This document shows, piece after piece, positions 1 through 8,759 of a stretch of DNA of 64,000 bases. A program made the position numbers and the translations under genes. The first letter of the stretch is position 1, and each line of letters opens with the position of its first letter. The notes under the pieces are model-generated. The model made no database searches. It was not told the DNA's origin and was given only the letters and a program-made list of their open reading frames with translations. The DNA is from Patescibacteria group bacterium (GTDB taxonomy: Bacteria > Patescibacteriota > Patescibacteriia > UBA2591 > JAQUPP01): NCBI GenBank assembly GCA_041649955.1, contig JBAZMD010000001.1, positions 68,079 to 132,078 of the forward strand. Direction: 5' to 3'.

Positions 1-91
1 AGGCCGCCACCAAACCGAATCCGGCCGTAATTAAAGAAGATAATTTTTCTAAAATTTCCAACTTGAGTGATTTTTGATTTTGTTTAGACAT
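1..91 (-). CDS. Small hypothetical protein, first 30 codons only (continues past left edge)
   Basis: ATG at 89-91 (minus) overlaps the alr stop by 8 nt. Reads MSKQNQKSLKLEILEKLSSLITAGFGLVAA, with a hydrophobic segment starting at the window edge. Confidence 0.4.
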   Translation of the reverse strand, partial: MSKQNQKSLKLEILEKLSSLITAGFGLVAA

Positions 92-1199
92 ATTTTCTCG
101 AAATTAATGAATTAATTCTGCAAACTGTTTCGTAATTAATAGTGCCTATTTTCTTGGCCAAATCATCAACTGTAATTTCATTTTTATTTTGTCTGCCGAT
201 TAAAACCACTTCTTCACCTTCTTTGATATCCGGTATTTTACTGACATCAACCATTGTTAAATTCATGCAGATTCTTCCGCGAATCGGGCAATATTTGCCG
301 CGAATTAAAACTTGGCCGCAGTTTGAAAGATGGCGATCATAACCGTCAAAATAACCGATTGGCAGAACAGCCAATTTTGTCGCCTTGTCTGTTTGATAAG
401 TTCTGTCATATCCGACAAAAGTTCCGGCCGGCACATTTTTAATTTGAATAATTTTTGTTTTCCACGATAAAGCCGGCTCAAGTTTGATTTTTTTCTTTTT
501 AGCCGATAATTCAGTATTGTTTGAAGGATAAAGGCCGTACATGCCAAGACCGACTCTGACTAAATTAAAAAATGTTTTTGAATTATTCATTGTTGAAGCC
601 GAACAACCGCTGTGAACCAAAGGTATTTTGATGCCGAAAAATCGCAACAGAGATAATATTTTTTGAAATTTTTCAGTTTGTTGATTGGTATAAGATTGGT
701 CTTTTGATTCCGATTCGGCATAATGAGTAAAAATTCCGACAATATTCAAGTTCGGCAAATTCTTAACATTTTTTATAAAATTAACCGCTTCTTCGGTGGA
801 GACACCTATTCTTGTCGCGCCAGTGTCAATTTTAATGTGGATGTTAACTTGCTTTTTAGAAAGATTGGATAAAAACTTTGCCTGCTCAAAAGTATAAACC
901 GGAAAATCTATATTTTGTTTAATCGCCTCTTTCACTTGATCTGTCATTTCCCAATAAGATAAAATAAAAATCGGGGCTTTGATTTTCGCCCGCCTAAGCA
1001 TCAGTGCTTCGTCTAAATTAACCACGCCCAGCCAATTAGCCCCTGATTTTAAGGCAATTTTGGCTATTTCAACCATTCCATGGCCGTAAGCATTGCTTTT
1101 AACCACAGCCATTAATTTCACTTTTGGGCCGATAATTTTTCTGAATTGGCCGAGATTATGTTTAATTGCCTGTTTTTTAATTTCAATCCAAGTGAACAT
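84..1199 (-). CDS. alr: Alanine racemase
   Basis: 371-aa ORF with the PLP-lysine motif VVKSNAYGHG near the N-terminus. Alr-like length and C-terminal beta domain. Confidence 0.9.
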   Translation of the reverse strand: MFTWIEIKKQAIKHNLGQFRKIIGPKVKLMAVVKSNAYGHGMVEIAKIALKSGANWLGVVNLDEALMLRRAKIKAPIFILSYWEMTDQVKEAIKQNIDFPVYTFEQAKFLSNLSKKQVNIHIKIDTGATRIGVSTEEAVNFIKNVKNLPNLNIVGIFTHYAESESKDQSYTNQQTEKFQKILSLLRFFGIKIPLVHSGCSASTMNNSKTFFNLVRVGLGMYGLYPSNNTELSAKKKKIKLEPALSWKTKIIQIKNVPAGTFVGYDRTYQTDKATKLAVLPIGYFDGYDRHLSNCGQVLIRGKYCPIRGRICMNLTMVDVSKIPDIKEGEEVVLIGRQNKNEITVDDLAKKIGTINYETVCRINSLISRKYV

Positions 1200-1230
1200 A
1201 CCAAATTTGTCGAAATTTATGAGTTAAGAA

Positions 1231-1383
1231 GTAGCGAAATAAATTTCGCTACAAATTTGAGTACCCCGTCTCCAAACCTGTCAACAAAATAAATATTGTT
1301 AATGTAAATAAGCCGCAGGCGTTACCGTGAGTTAAATTCACGATTATCTCAAAATTTTATTCGGGTTTGGGGCGTGGGTTAAC
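1231..1383. repeat. Intergenic repeat family B, copy 1
   Basis: Hairpin gtagcgaaat-aa-atttcgctac, C-rich block tgagtaccccgtctccaaacct, core aataagccgcaggcgttacc, and G-rich end ttcgggtttggggcgtgggtt. Confidence 0.7.
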
Positions 1384-1412
1384 GTGTCTATATTTTATCA
1401 GAAATAAACGAT

Positions 1413-1440
1413 TTGACAAGTATAAAATTTTTGCTATAAT
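1413..1440 (+). promoter_or_regulatory. Sigma70-type promoter for the 58-aa + strand gene
   Basis: TTGACAagtataaaatttttgcTATAAT (extended -10 TGc). Confidence 0.7.
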
Positions 1441-1465
1441 AAATTTGAAATAAAGGAGGTGAAAA

Positions 1466-1642
1466 ATGATAGGCGGTATAATTCTTGTGGTAATTGGTTT
1501 TATATTATTTGAAGTTAGTTTTAGTTGGGATTTAAAAAATCTTGGTTCATTAAATCTCAATTTAATACAAGATTACGGGCCTCCAATAACAATAATATGC
1601 GCAGGCGCCATGATCTTAATAGGAATAAATAAAATCTTCTAA
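1466..1642 (+). CDS. Small two-TM membrane protein (58 aa), below the ORF-track cutoff
   Basis: ATG 1466 is preceded by AAGGAGG and by a TTGACA-N16-TGcTATAAT promoter. Reads MIGGIILVVIGFILFEVSF...ITIICAGAMILIGINKIF and is followed by a hairpin plus T-run. Confidence 0.6.
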   Translation: MIGGIILVVIGFILFEVSFSWDLKNLGSLNLNLIQDYGPPITIICAGAMILIGINKIF

Positions 1643-1663
1643 AACTTTACCACTAAAATACAA

Positions 1664-1700
1664 AATAAGCATCCATTTAATATCGGGTGCTTATTTTTTT
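1664..1700. terminator. Bidirectional intrinsic terminator (58-aa + gene and serS)
   Basis: Hairpin aataagcatcc...gggtgcttatt flanked by an A-run and a T-run. A second hairpin atcccgca...tgcgggat lies at 1701-1734. Confidence 0.6.
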
Positions 1701-1744
1701 ATCCCGCACCTTCCTAATAAAAAAGATGCGGGATTTATTCTATT

Positions 1745-3073
1745 TTATTTCTTTTCAATTTTTGAAAAACCGCAATATTTTTGCAAGACTTCTGGAATCA
1801 AGATTGATCCGTCTTTTTGCTGATAATTTTCCAAAACAGCCAAAATCATTCTTCCCAAAGCCACGCCGGTATCATTAACAGTATAACAATATCCTTTTTC
1901 ATTATTATTTTTTTGATAGCGAATATTCAATCTTCTGGCTTGAAAATCAGTCGCGTTGGTGTCAGTCATTGTTTCCATAAATTCATTGGCCGCTATTCTC
2001 CAAGTTTCAACATCATATTGCTTGTGACTGGCGGCATAACCGGCATCACCGGTGCATTTTTGAATCACCCGATAAGGCATTTTAAGTTGTTGCAGCAACC
2101 ATTCATTAATAGACACCAATTCTTCAAAAATTTCATCTGCTTGCTCGGGAAGGCAAATAACGTCCATTTCCAATTTATCAAATTGATGGACTCTTTTTAT
2201 TCCGTGAACGTCTTTTCCCCAAGAACCGACCTCGCTTCTAAAACAAGAAGACAGAGAGCACATTTTAAAAGGCATATCTTTTTCTGAAAATCTTCTATCC
2301 ATTCCGTAGCCGAAAAGTGACGGCTCGGAAGAACCGACTAAAAATAATTTATTTTTATCTTCCACGTTTTCATCGCTGATTTTATAAACCTGATCATATC
2401 CTTCGGGAAAATGGCTGGTGCCAAAAAGCACTCTTTCTTTAACCATCAAAGGCACAACCATTGGCATGAACTTTCTTCTTAAAAGTTCTTTGAATAACAA
2501 ATCAATAATCGCAAATTGCAAAATAACCGCTTCTTTTTTTAAGTAACAAAATCTTGAACCCGAAGTCAGGGCGCTTTGTTCTACGTCAATAATATCCAAA
2601 TCTTTGCCCAATTCAATATGATCCTTGCCCGGAAAATCAGATTTCGGCATCTGAGCAACGACTTCAAATCCTTTTCCCAATAAAGATTTATCTAAATATC
2701 CTTTTTCCGGAGTCCAGACTCTGACATCAATATTATCGTCTTCGCTTTTGCCGATTGGCGTATCTTCGCTCATCAAATTGGGAACCCAAACAGCCAATTT
2801 GTCCATTTTAGTTTTAATTTCTTCAAGTGATTCTTCTGTGGTTTTTAATTTTTCTTTCAATTCTTTTCCTTTGGCTCTTATCGCTTCATCTTTACCGGCA
2901 GTTAAATTATTTCTCTCAGCGCGAATATTTTCCACTTCTGTTAATTTTTTTCTGTATTCTTCGTCCAATTCCAATAACGCATCCACATCAGCTTTTTGCA
3001 AATCCATTTTTCGATTGATAATATTTTGCTTGATTTTTTCTTTGTTTTCTCTGATGAATTTAATATCTAACAT
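1745..3073 (-). CDS. serS: Seryl-tRNA synthetase
   Basis: 442 aa. N-terminal coiled-coil arm followed by a class II core (RVHQFDKLE, TGVALGRMILAVLENYQ). Confidence 0.95.
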   Translation of the reverse strand: MLDIKFIRENKEKIKQNIINRKMDLQKADVDALLELDEEYRKKLTEVENIRAERNNLTAGKDEAIRAKGKELKEKLKTTEESLEEIKTKMDKLAVWVPNLMSEDTPIGKSEDDNIDVRVWTPEKGYLDKSLLGKGFEVVAQMPKSDFPGKDHIELGKDLDIIDVEQSALTSGSRFCYLKKEAVILQFAIIDLLFKELLRRKFMPMVVPLMVKERVLFGTSHFPEGYDQVYKISDENVEDKNKLFLVGSSEPSLFGYGMDRRFSEKDMPFKMCSLSSCFRSEVGSWGKDVHGIKRVHQFDKLEMDVICLPEQADEIFEELVSINEWLLQQLKMPYRVIQKCTGDAGYAASHKQYDVETWRIAANEFMETMTDTNATDFQARRLNIRYQKNNNEKGYCYTVNDTGVALGRMILAVLENYQQKDGSILIPEVLQKYCGFSKIEKK

Positions 3074-3100
3074 AATGATTAAAAAAAATTATACATTTAT

Positions 3101-3270
3101 AGCGAAATTAGCTCGAACGAAGTCGCGGAAAAGCCTTAGAAAATTAAGGAGTTTTATTGAAAAATTCATCTGTTTGACGACCTCTTCGGGAGGAGTTATG
3201 AATTTTTCAAAATAAAACGAGTATAATTTTCAAGGTTTTGGAGCGCTGGAGTGAAAGCGAAATTCGCGGC
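3101..3270. repeat. Intergenic repeat family A, copy 1 (abuts the lysS stop)
   Basis: About 170 nt, near-identical to 38613-38781. Contains gtcgcggaaaagccttagaaaattaaggagttttattgaaaaattcatctgtttgacgacc..ggaggagttatgaatttttca.aataaaacga.tataattttcaagg.ttt.gagcg. Confidence 0.8.
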
Positions 3271-3273
3271 TAT

Positions 3274-4734
3274 TTATAATTTGGGGCGCAAAATTGGGAA
3301 TAAAATAACTTCCCGAATATTGCAAGTATTGGTTAAAATAAGAGCCAATCGATCAATGCCAATTCCTTCGCCGGCTGTGGGCGGCATGCCGTATTTTAAA
3401 GCTTTAACGAAATCTTCATCAAGACCTTGCGCTTCTTGGTCCCCTTTTTCGCGCAGTTTATCTTGCTCGTCAAATCTTGATTCTTGATCCAAAGGATCGT
3501 TTAATTCTGAAAAAGCATTGCAAATTTCCATTCCGGCCACCAATAGTTGAAATCTTTCCACATAATTCGGATTATCAGGGCATTTTTTGGCCAATGGCGA
3601 AAGTTCAATCGGATGATGAATTAAAAAAGTCGGATTAATAAGTTTCGGCCTGACGCGCTCTTTAAAAAGTTCATCTAAAATTTTTCCTCTGTCCCATGAT
3701 TTTTCAACTGTTATGCCAAGTTTTTTCACTTGTTCAATCAATCCTTTTAAATCGCGGTATTCTTCAATATCAAGGCCTGTTTCATTTTTAATCGCTTGCC
3801 TGAATTCCAATCGCGGATAAGGCGGTTTGAAATTCAAAGTATTATTTTGATATTCAATGGTCAGTTTTCCTTCCAAATTAGACAACAAATATTCAAATAA
3901 TTCTTCGGTCAGTTTCATTAAAACATTATAATCGGCATAGGATTGATAAAATTCTATTTGGGTAAATTCAGGATTGTGAGAAGCATCAATGCCTTCATTG
4001 CGGAAACATTTTGCAATTTCATAAACTCTTTCAAATCCGCCGATAATCAATCTTTTTAAATAAAGTTCCGGCGCAACTCTTAAATATAAATCAATATCCA
4101 AAGCGTGATTATGAGTGACAAACGGCCTGGCAATTGCTCCGCCGGCTATTGCTTGAAGAACAGGCGTGCTGACTTCCATATAATCCCGCTGATTGAAAAA
4201 ATCTCTGATTAATTGTATCATTTTCGTCCTTTTGACAAAAATATCTCTTACTTCTTGATTGGCAATTAAATCCAAATATCTTTGACGATATCTTGTTTCC
4301 ACATCAGACAAGCCGTGCCATTTTTCAGGAAGCGGTAAAAGAGCCTTGGATAAAAGTTTCCAACTCGTCGCTTTAATTGTTTTCTCGCCTCTTTTGGTAA
4401 TAAAAAGATGACCCTTGATTTCCAAAAAATCGCCGACATCAATATTTTCATTAAAAAACTGATATTCTTTTTCTCCAACATTATCTTGAGCGAAAAAAAT
4501 CTGAAAACGGCCGGTTCCATCTTCCAGATTGGCAAAACACGCCTTGCCGTGAAGCCGCAATAAAACCAAGCGTCCGACTAAACTTACCAAAATTTCTTTT
4601 TCCGATAATTTATCAAAATCATCAATCGCTTGTTTTACGGTATGAGACCTCTCGGATAAAGCCGGATACGGATTAACTTGGCTTGATTTAATTTTTTCTA
4701 ATTTTTCTATTCTTGATTGTTCTTCGTTAGTCAT
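3274..4734 (-). CDS. lysS: Lysyl-tRNA synthetase, class II
   Basis: 486 aa. OB-fold N-domain and class II motifs (CFRNEGIDASHNPEFTQIEFY, GEGIGIDRL). Confidence 0.95.
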   Translation of the reverse strand: MTNEEQSRIEKLEKIKSSQVNPYPALSERSHTVKQAIDDFDKLSEKEILVSLVGRLVLLRLHGKACFANLEDGTGRFQIFFAQDNVGEKEYQFFNENIDVGDFLEIKGHLFITKRGEKTIKATSWKLLSKALLPLPEKWHGLSDVETRYRQRYLDLIANQEVRDIFVKRTKMIQLIRDFFNQRDYMEVSTPVLQAIAGGAIARPFVTHNHALDIDLYLRVAPELYLKRLIIGGFERVYEIAKCFRNEGIDASHNPEFTQIEFYQSYADYNVLMKLTEELFEYLLSNLEGKLTIEYQNNTLNFKPPYPRLEFRQAIKNETGLDIEEYRDLKGLIEQVKKLGITVEKSWDRGKILDELFKERVRPKLINPTFLIHHPIELSPLAKKCPDNPNYVERFQLLVAGMEICNAFSELNDPLDQESRFDEQDKLREKGDQEAQGLDEDFVKALKYGMPPTAGEGIGIDRLALILTNTCNIREVILFPILRPKL

Positions 4735-4761
4735 AAATTTATGGTTAAAATAGATGTAATT

Positions 4762-4790
4762 ATTATAACATTATTATAAAATATTATCAA
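4762..4790 (-). promoter_or_regulatory. Promoter for lysS
   Basis: TTGATAatattttataataatgtTATAAT, read on the minus strand, directly after the greA terminator. Confidence 0.6.
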
Positions 4791-4795
4791 CAACT

Positions 4796-4823
4796 AAAAA
4801 TGACCCTTTAAAGGGTCATTTTT
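4796..4823. terminator. Bidirectional intrinsic terminator after greA
   Basis: aaaaaTGACCCTTTAAAGGGTCAttttt. Confidence 0.75.
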
Positions 4824-4841
4824 ATTGATAAAATAATTATT

Positions 4842-5300
4842 TTATTTAATTTCAATAATTGTAAAAGTCGTAAGACCGGTTGGAACCTGAAATTCCACTT
4901 TTTCATTAAGTCTCTTATTTAAAAGGGCTTGCCCTAATGGAGACTCATAGGAAATTCTGCCTTGCGCCGGATCTGATTCTTCACTGTCCACGATCATGAA
5001 AGTCTTAAAATCATCTTTAATTTTAAGTTTGACCGTTGAACCTATTCTAACCACATCTTTATTTTTCTGATGGCTGTCAATAATTTCAACATTTCTCAAT
5101 AAATTTTCCAGTCTTATTATCTCATTTTCTACCCATCCCTGCTCTTCCTTAGCTGTCGTATATTCCGCATTTTCGCTTAAATCACCCAGTTCTTTGGCAG
5201 CACGAATCCGGTCCGCAACTTGCGGCCTTCTTACGCTTCTTAATTCTTCCAATTCTTGTTCAATTTTTTTTCGCCCTTCAGGCGTTAAGAAAAATGTCAT
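4842..5300 (-). CDS. greA: Transcription elongation factor GreA
   Basis: 152 aa. N-terminal coiled coil (GDLSENAEYTTAKEEQ) plus a GreA/B C-terminal domain. Confidence 0.9.
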   Translation of the reverse strand: MTFFLTPEGRKKIEQELEELRSVRRPQVADRIRAAKELGDLSENAEYTTAKEEQGWVENEIIRLENLLRNVEIIDSHQKNKDVVRIGSTVKLKIKDDFKTFMIVDSEESDPAQGRISYESPLGQALLNKRLNEKVEFQVPTGLTTFTIIEIK

Positions 5301-5316
5301 ATAGATTCATTATTAT

Positions 5317-5380
5317 TTATTGTTTGTTACTCCATTCATTCCCGCCGCTACACGGCGGTATTTCTGGAGACAAACAATAA
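5317..5380 (-). promoter_or_regulatory. Long imperfect hairpin in the greA 5' leader
   Basis: Arms ttattgtttgttactcca (5317-5334) and tggagacaaacaataa (5365-5380) enclose the GC hairpin ccgccg-ctaca-cggcgg (5342-5358). No U-run follows. Confidence 0.5.
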
Positions 5381-5420
5381 AATTAAAAAAACACCGAGTT
5401 AATTGGTATTAGTTTATATT

Positions 5421-5448
5421 ATTATAGCAGGTATCCTGCAAAAGTCAA
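5421..5448 (-). promoter_or_regulatory. Promoter for greA
   Basis: ggggatTTGACTtttgcaggatacctgcTATAAT. Confidence 0.65.
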
Positions 5449-5480
5449 ATCCCCTTGTGGAAAACTTTTTACTCCAAATA

Positions 5481-7406
5481 TTATTTTTTCTTTTGTTCCG
5501 CCCACCAAGATAAAATTTCTTTGGCAGCCGGTGCGGCAAAAGACGAACCTTCACCCCCATTTTCCACTAAAATAGTCAAAGCTATTTCCGGATTTTCATA
5601 AGGCGCAAAGCAAGTAAACCAAGCGTGATTGCCCTTACCTTCTACCTGAGCCGTGCCGGTTTTACCGGCGACTTGAATCGGCAGAGTATTTAAACTGCGA
5701 GCGCTGCCCGTCGTGATAGTCTGGCGCATTCCTTCTCTGACTAATTCCAAATATTTTGCATCAATAAAATTTTCTCTGATAATTTGGGGATGAATAATTA
5801 TTTTTTGGCCGGTTTCCGGATTATCAATTTCTTTGACCAAGCGAGGTTGAAAAAGAGTTTTGCCATTGGCGATTGCCGCCGTATAATTCGCCACTTGAAT
5901 CGGCGTTACCAAAATATTGCTCTGACCAATAGACAAATGATAAGTGTCGCCGATGTACCACGGTTCTTTTATAACATTTTCTTTATAAGCGGGAGTCAAT
6001 AAAAAACCGGTTGCCTCGCCTTTTAAATCAATGCCTGTCTTGCTGTTTAAACCGAAAAGTTCGGCATATTGAATAATTTTTTCCGGCCCAAGGCCTTCAA
6101 AATTTCCAAATCCTCCGCCAATATAATAAAAGAAAGTATTTACCGATTCGGCTAAAGCTTTTCTAAAATCAGTCACACCGTGCCCGCCTGTTTTCCAATC
6201 ACCGAAAAACCACTGTCCGATTCTTACTCCTCCGGTAGAAAGGATTGTTGTTTTCTCGTTGATAATGCCTTCGGCAAAAGCAGCGGCTATTTCAATCGGC
6301 TTAAAAATTGAACCGGACGGATATTGGCCGCTGATCGCCCTGAAAAATAATGGTTTGGATGGATCTTCTATTAAGGTTTTGAAATCACTGGCGCTTGCTT
6401 GAATAAAAATATTATTATCAAAAGTCGGCCAGCTGACAATAGCTAAAATCTCGCCGTTTCGCGGATCTATTGCTACGGCTGATCCGGCACGAGCGCCGGC
6501 AGCTTTAATATAATGGCTTAAAACATCAGTAACTTTTTTTTGCAAACTCGCGTCAATGGTTAAAATCAAATCTTGCCCGGTTTGAGGCGTTTTTTGGCTG
6601 GCGATTCTTTTTTCTCTTCCAAGCGAATCAACTTCAATATTTTTTTCTCCATTCTCTCCTTTCAAAATATTTTCGTAATTTAATTCCAATCCTGTTTTGC
6701 CGAGAGAATCAGTCATTGAGTATTCTTTATTATCAGCCAATTCTTCCGGAGTAATTTTACCCATATAGCCGATAACATGCGAAAAATACGTGGGATCCGA
6801 ATATTGCCTTTTCGGTTCTATGTTTACGGAAACGCCGGGCAGTTCTTCCAATTTTAATTTTATCGCTTCTTCATAACTCAAATTATCTTTTAAAATAATA
6901 GGATATATTGATTGATTGGGCTGTTCAGCCGTAAGCTTGGATAATTCCTCTTTAGTTGAATTTTCCAATGATTCTCCCAAAAAAGATAAAATTTTGTTAA
7001 CAATTTCTATTCTCGTTTCTTTATTTTTAGGCAAATCCAAAGGCGTTATTATCAAAGAAAAATTCGGCATATTTTTAACCAAAGGCGTCTGATAACGGTC
7101 ATAAATAAGCCCTCTGTCCGCTTTAATTGTTTCAACGCGGATTCTGTTGCCCTCGGCCATATTTCTGAATTCATGTCCGGAAAAAACTTGAAGCCAAAAA
7201 ATCCTGCCGAATACTATGGTTAAAATCGCAATCATTAAAAAAATAAAAATATTGAGAGATTTTTTCTCCATAGGCAAAACTATCGGCCCGGCCCAATTTT
7301 CTTCCGGCGGCCAATAATTGCCCGCGTATCGGCGCTGATTAAACCCTTCTAATTTTCCATCTCTGATATTTTTGTCTTCTTGTTTAATTTTAAACGGATC
7401 ATCCAT
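5481..7406 (-). CDS. mrdA: Penicillin-binding protein 2 (elongation transpeptidase)
   Basis: 641 aa with an N-terminal TM. Transpeptidase motifs SxxK (SIFK), SxN (SVN) and KTG (KTGTA). Lies directly downstream of mreC-mreD. Confidence 0.85.
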   Translation of the reverse strand: MDDPFKIKQEDKNIRDGKLEGFNQRRYAGNYWPPEENWAGPIVLPMEKKSLNIFIFLMIAILTIVFGRIFWLQVFSGHEFRNMAEGNRIRVETIKADRGLIYDRYQTPLVKNMPNFSLIITPLDLPKNKETRIEIVNKILSFLGESLENSTKEELSKLTAEQPNQSIYPIILKDNLSYEEAIKLKLEELPGVSVNIEPKRQYSDPTYFSHVIGYMGKITPEELADNKEYSMTDSLGKTGLELNYENILKGENGEKNIEVDSLGREKRIASQKTPQTGQDLILTIDASLQKKVTDVLSHYIKAAGARAGSAVAIDPRNGEILAIVSWPTFDNNIFIQASASDFKTLIEDPSKPLFFRAISGQYPSGSIFKPIEIAAAFAEGIINEKTTILSTGGVRIGQWFFGDWKTGGHGVTDFRKALAESVNTFFYYIGGGFGNFEGLGPEKIIQYAELFGLNSKTGIDLKGEATGFLLTPAYKENVIKEPWYIGDTYHLSIGQSNILVTPIQVANYTAAIANGKTLFQPRLVKEIDNPETGQKIIIHPQIIRENFIDAKYLELVREGMRQTITTGSARSLNTLPIQVAGKTGTAQVEGKGNHAWFTCFAPYENPEIALTILVENGGEGSSFAAPAAKEILSWWAEQKKK

Positions 7407-7429
7407 AAAAAATACTTTTTATTACTGTT

Positions 7430-7930
7430 TTATTTTTGACGCAAAGTTTTAATAATTGAATATCCAATGATTATCGCCAAGCTATTTGCCAAAACAGACC
7501 AACCAAAATTAAACCAATAAAATTTGTCCATCACCACCATAAAATCCTGAAAATTCAAAAAATAAGCCAGCCAAACAATAATTAAAATAATGGCTTGATA
7601 AGCAAGATTGCATAAAATCGCCACAATTAAAACGCTGTTTGTGGACATTTGGCTGAATTCCTTGATAATTTTATAAGAAATAACCAGAATCAATAGAAAA
7701 GTCAGAAAAAAAATGCCCGGCTTAAAAATGGAATATAAATCAAATAAAATGCCGCTTGCCAATGCGACCAAAAGGGCGAATTTAAATTTATTAAAAATAA
7801 GCAAAAGAATCATTAAAATCAAAGTCAGATTTAAATATTTTAAAACCGGAGATTTAAATAAAAAAGAAATCTGTAAAATATTTAAACAGATTATTAACAA
7901 AAACAGTAAAATAAGTTTCAGTTTAGCCAT
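7430..7930 (-). CDS. mreD: Rod shape-determining protein MreD (polytopic membrane protein)
   Basis: 166 aa, all hydrophobic helices. Sits 8 nt after mreC, the canonical mreD position. Confidence 0.6.
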   Translation of the reverse strand: MAKLKLILLFLLIICLNILQISFLFKSPVLKYLNLTLILMILLLIFNKFKFALLVALASGILFDLYSIFKPGIFFLTFLLILVISYKIIKEFSQMSTNSVLIVAILCNLAYQAIILIIVWLAYFLNFQDFMVVMDKFYWFNFGWSVLANSLAIIIGYSIIKTLRQK

Positions 7931-7938
7931 AAATTACA

Positions 7939-8742
7939 TTATGGAAGATTTTTTAATATTATTGCCGCAACTCTCAGATCCGAAAGAGATTTGGGCGATT
8001 TGATAACCGCTTCTTGAAAAACAGCATTTGGTTTTTTGTTAATTTCGGCTATTTCGCCGATTATTAGTCCTCTCCTGATATTTTCTTCCAAACCCGAAGT
8101 GATAATAATATCCCCTGTTTTTATCGGTTTATCAAGTGGAATGTAATTCATTTTCATAGTTAAACCGTATTCTCCCTGCACTATTCCGGAAACTGAATTC
8201 GGACTCTCGCCTTTTATGATAATATCAGCGGTAATTTGCGAATGGCTGTCAAAAACCGGCTGTAAAAACGAGAGATAATCTTCAACTTTTATTATCGTAC
8301 CGACCAAGGTTCCATTTTCATCAACAACCGCCAAACCGACATTTACGCCGTCTTTTTCGCCTTTATCAAGTAGAAACCATGTATAACCGGTTTCTATTCT
8401 TTTGCCGACAATATTGGTCAAAATAAATGAATTCTTGGAATTATCCAAAAAATTCAAATGATTTTTCAGAACTTGATTTTCCGTTTGATATATTTGGAGC
8501 TTGGCATTTTCGGTTTTAAGATTATTTATTTCTTTTTCCAATACCGATTTATCATTCTGCCAATTTTGACATTCAATAAAATTTTTTGGATGGCCTGAAA
8601 TTTTATAAGACAATTTTTCAAATGGCGTTAATAAGAAAAAAAGAGCGCTTTTTCCTCCATTGGAAAAAGCGAAAAAAAGCAAAACTATTACTATAAAAAA
8701 AATAACCACTCTTTTTTTAATGATTAAATCATTTATGGACAT
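7939..8742 (-). CDS. mreC: Rod shape-determining protein MreC
   Basis: 267 aa. N-terminal TM, coiled coil (LKTENAKLQIYQTENQVLKN) and C-terminal beta domains. Confidence 0.8.
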   Translation of the reverse strand: MSINDLIIKKRVVIFFIVIVLLFFAFSNGGKSALFFLLTPFEKLSYKISGHPKNFIECQNWQNDKSVLEKEINNLKTENAKLQIYQTENQVLKNHLNFLDNSKNSFILTNIVGKRIETGYTWFLLDKGEKDGVNVGLAVVDENGTLVGTIIKVEDYLSFLQPVFDSHSQITADIIIKGESPNSVSGIVQGEYGLTMKMNYIPLDKPIKTGDIIITSGLEENIRRGLIIGEIAEINKKPNAVFQEAVIKSPKSLSDLRVAAIILKNLP

Positions 8743-8759
8743 ATTGATTATTTAAAGAT

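Noticed and set aside
1357-1560. Small ORFs overlapping the B repeats (1357-1560 minus, 40615-40806 minus, 40423-40614 plus)
   Set aside because: They are not conserved between repeat copies, lack SDs and run across promoter or terminator signals.
1817-3215. Long + strand ORFs (1817-2287, 2748-3215, 2827-3018) antisense to serS
   Set aside because: They lie fully inside the well-supported serS frame. They have low-complexity, Ser/Phe/Ile-rich translations typical of shadow ORFs in AT-rich DNA, and no SD or promoter.
3074-3273. Possible T-box leader upstream of serS
   Set aside because: The spacer is occupied by repeat family A, which recurs downstream of a methyltransferase gene. I found no T-box consensus (the conserved GGTGG..ACCGCG-type block), no specifier-loop layout and no terminator/antiterminator pair.
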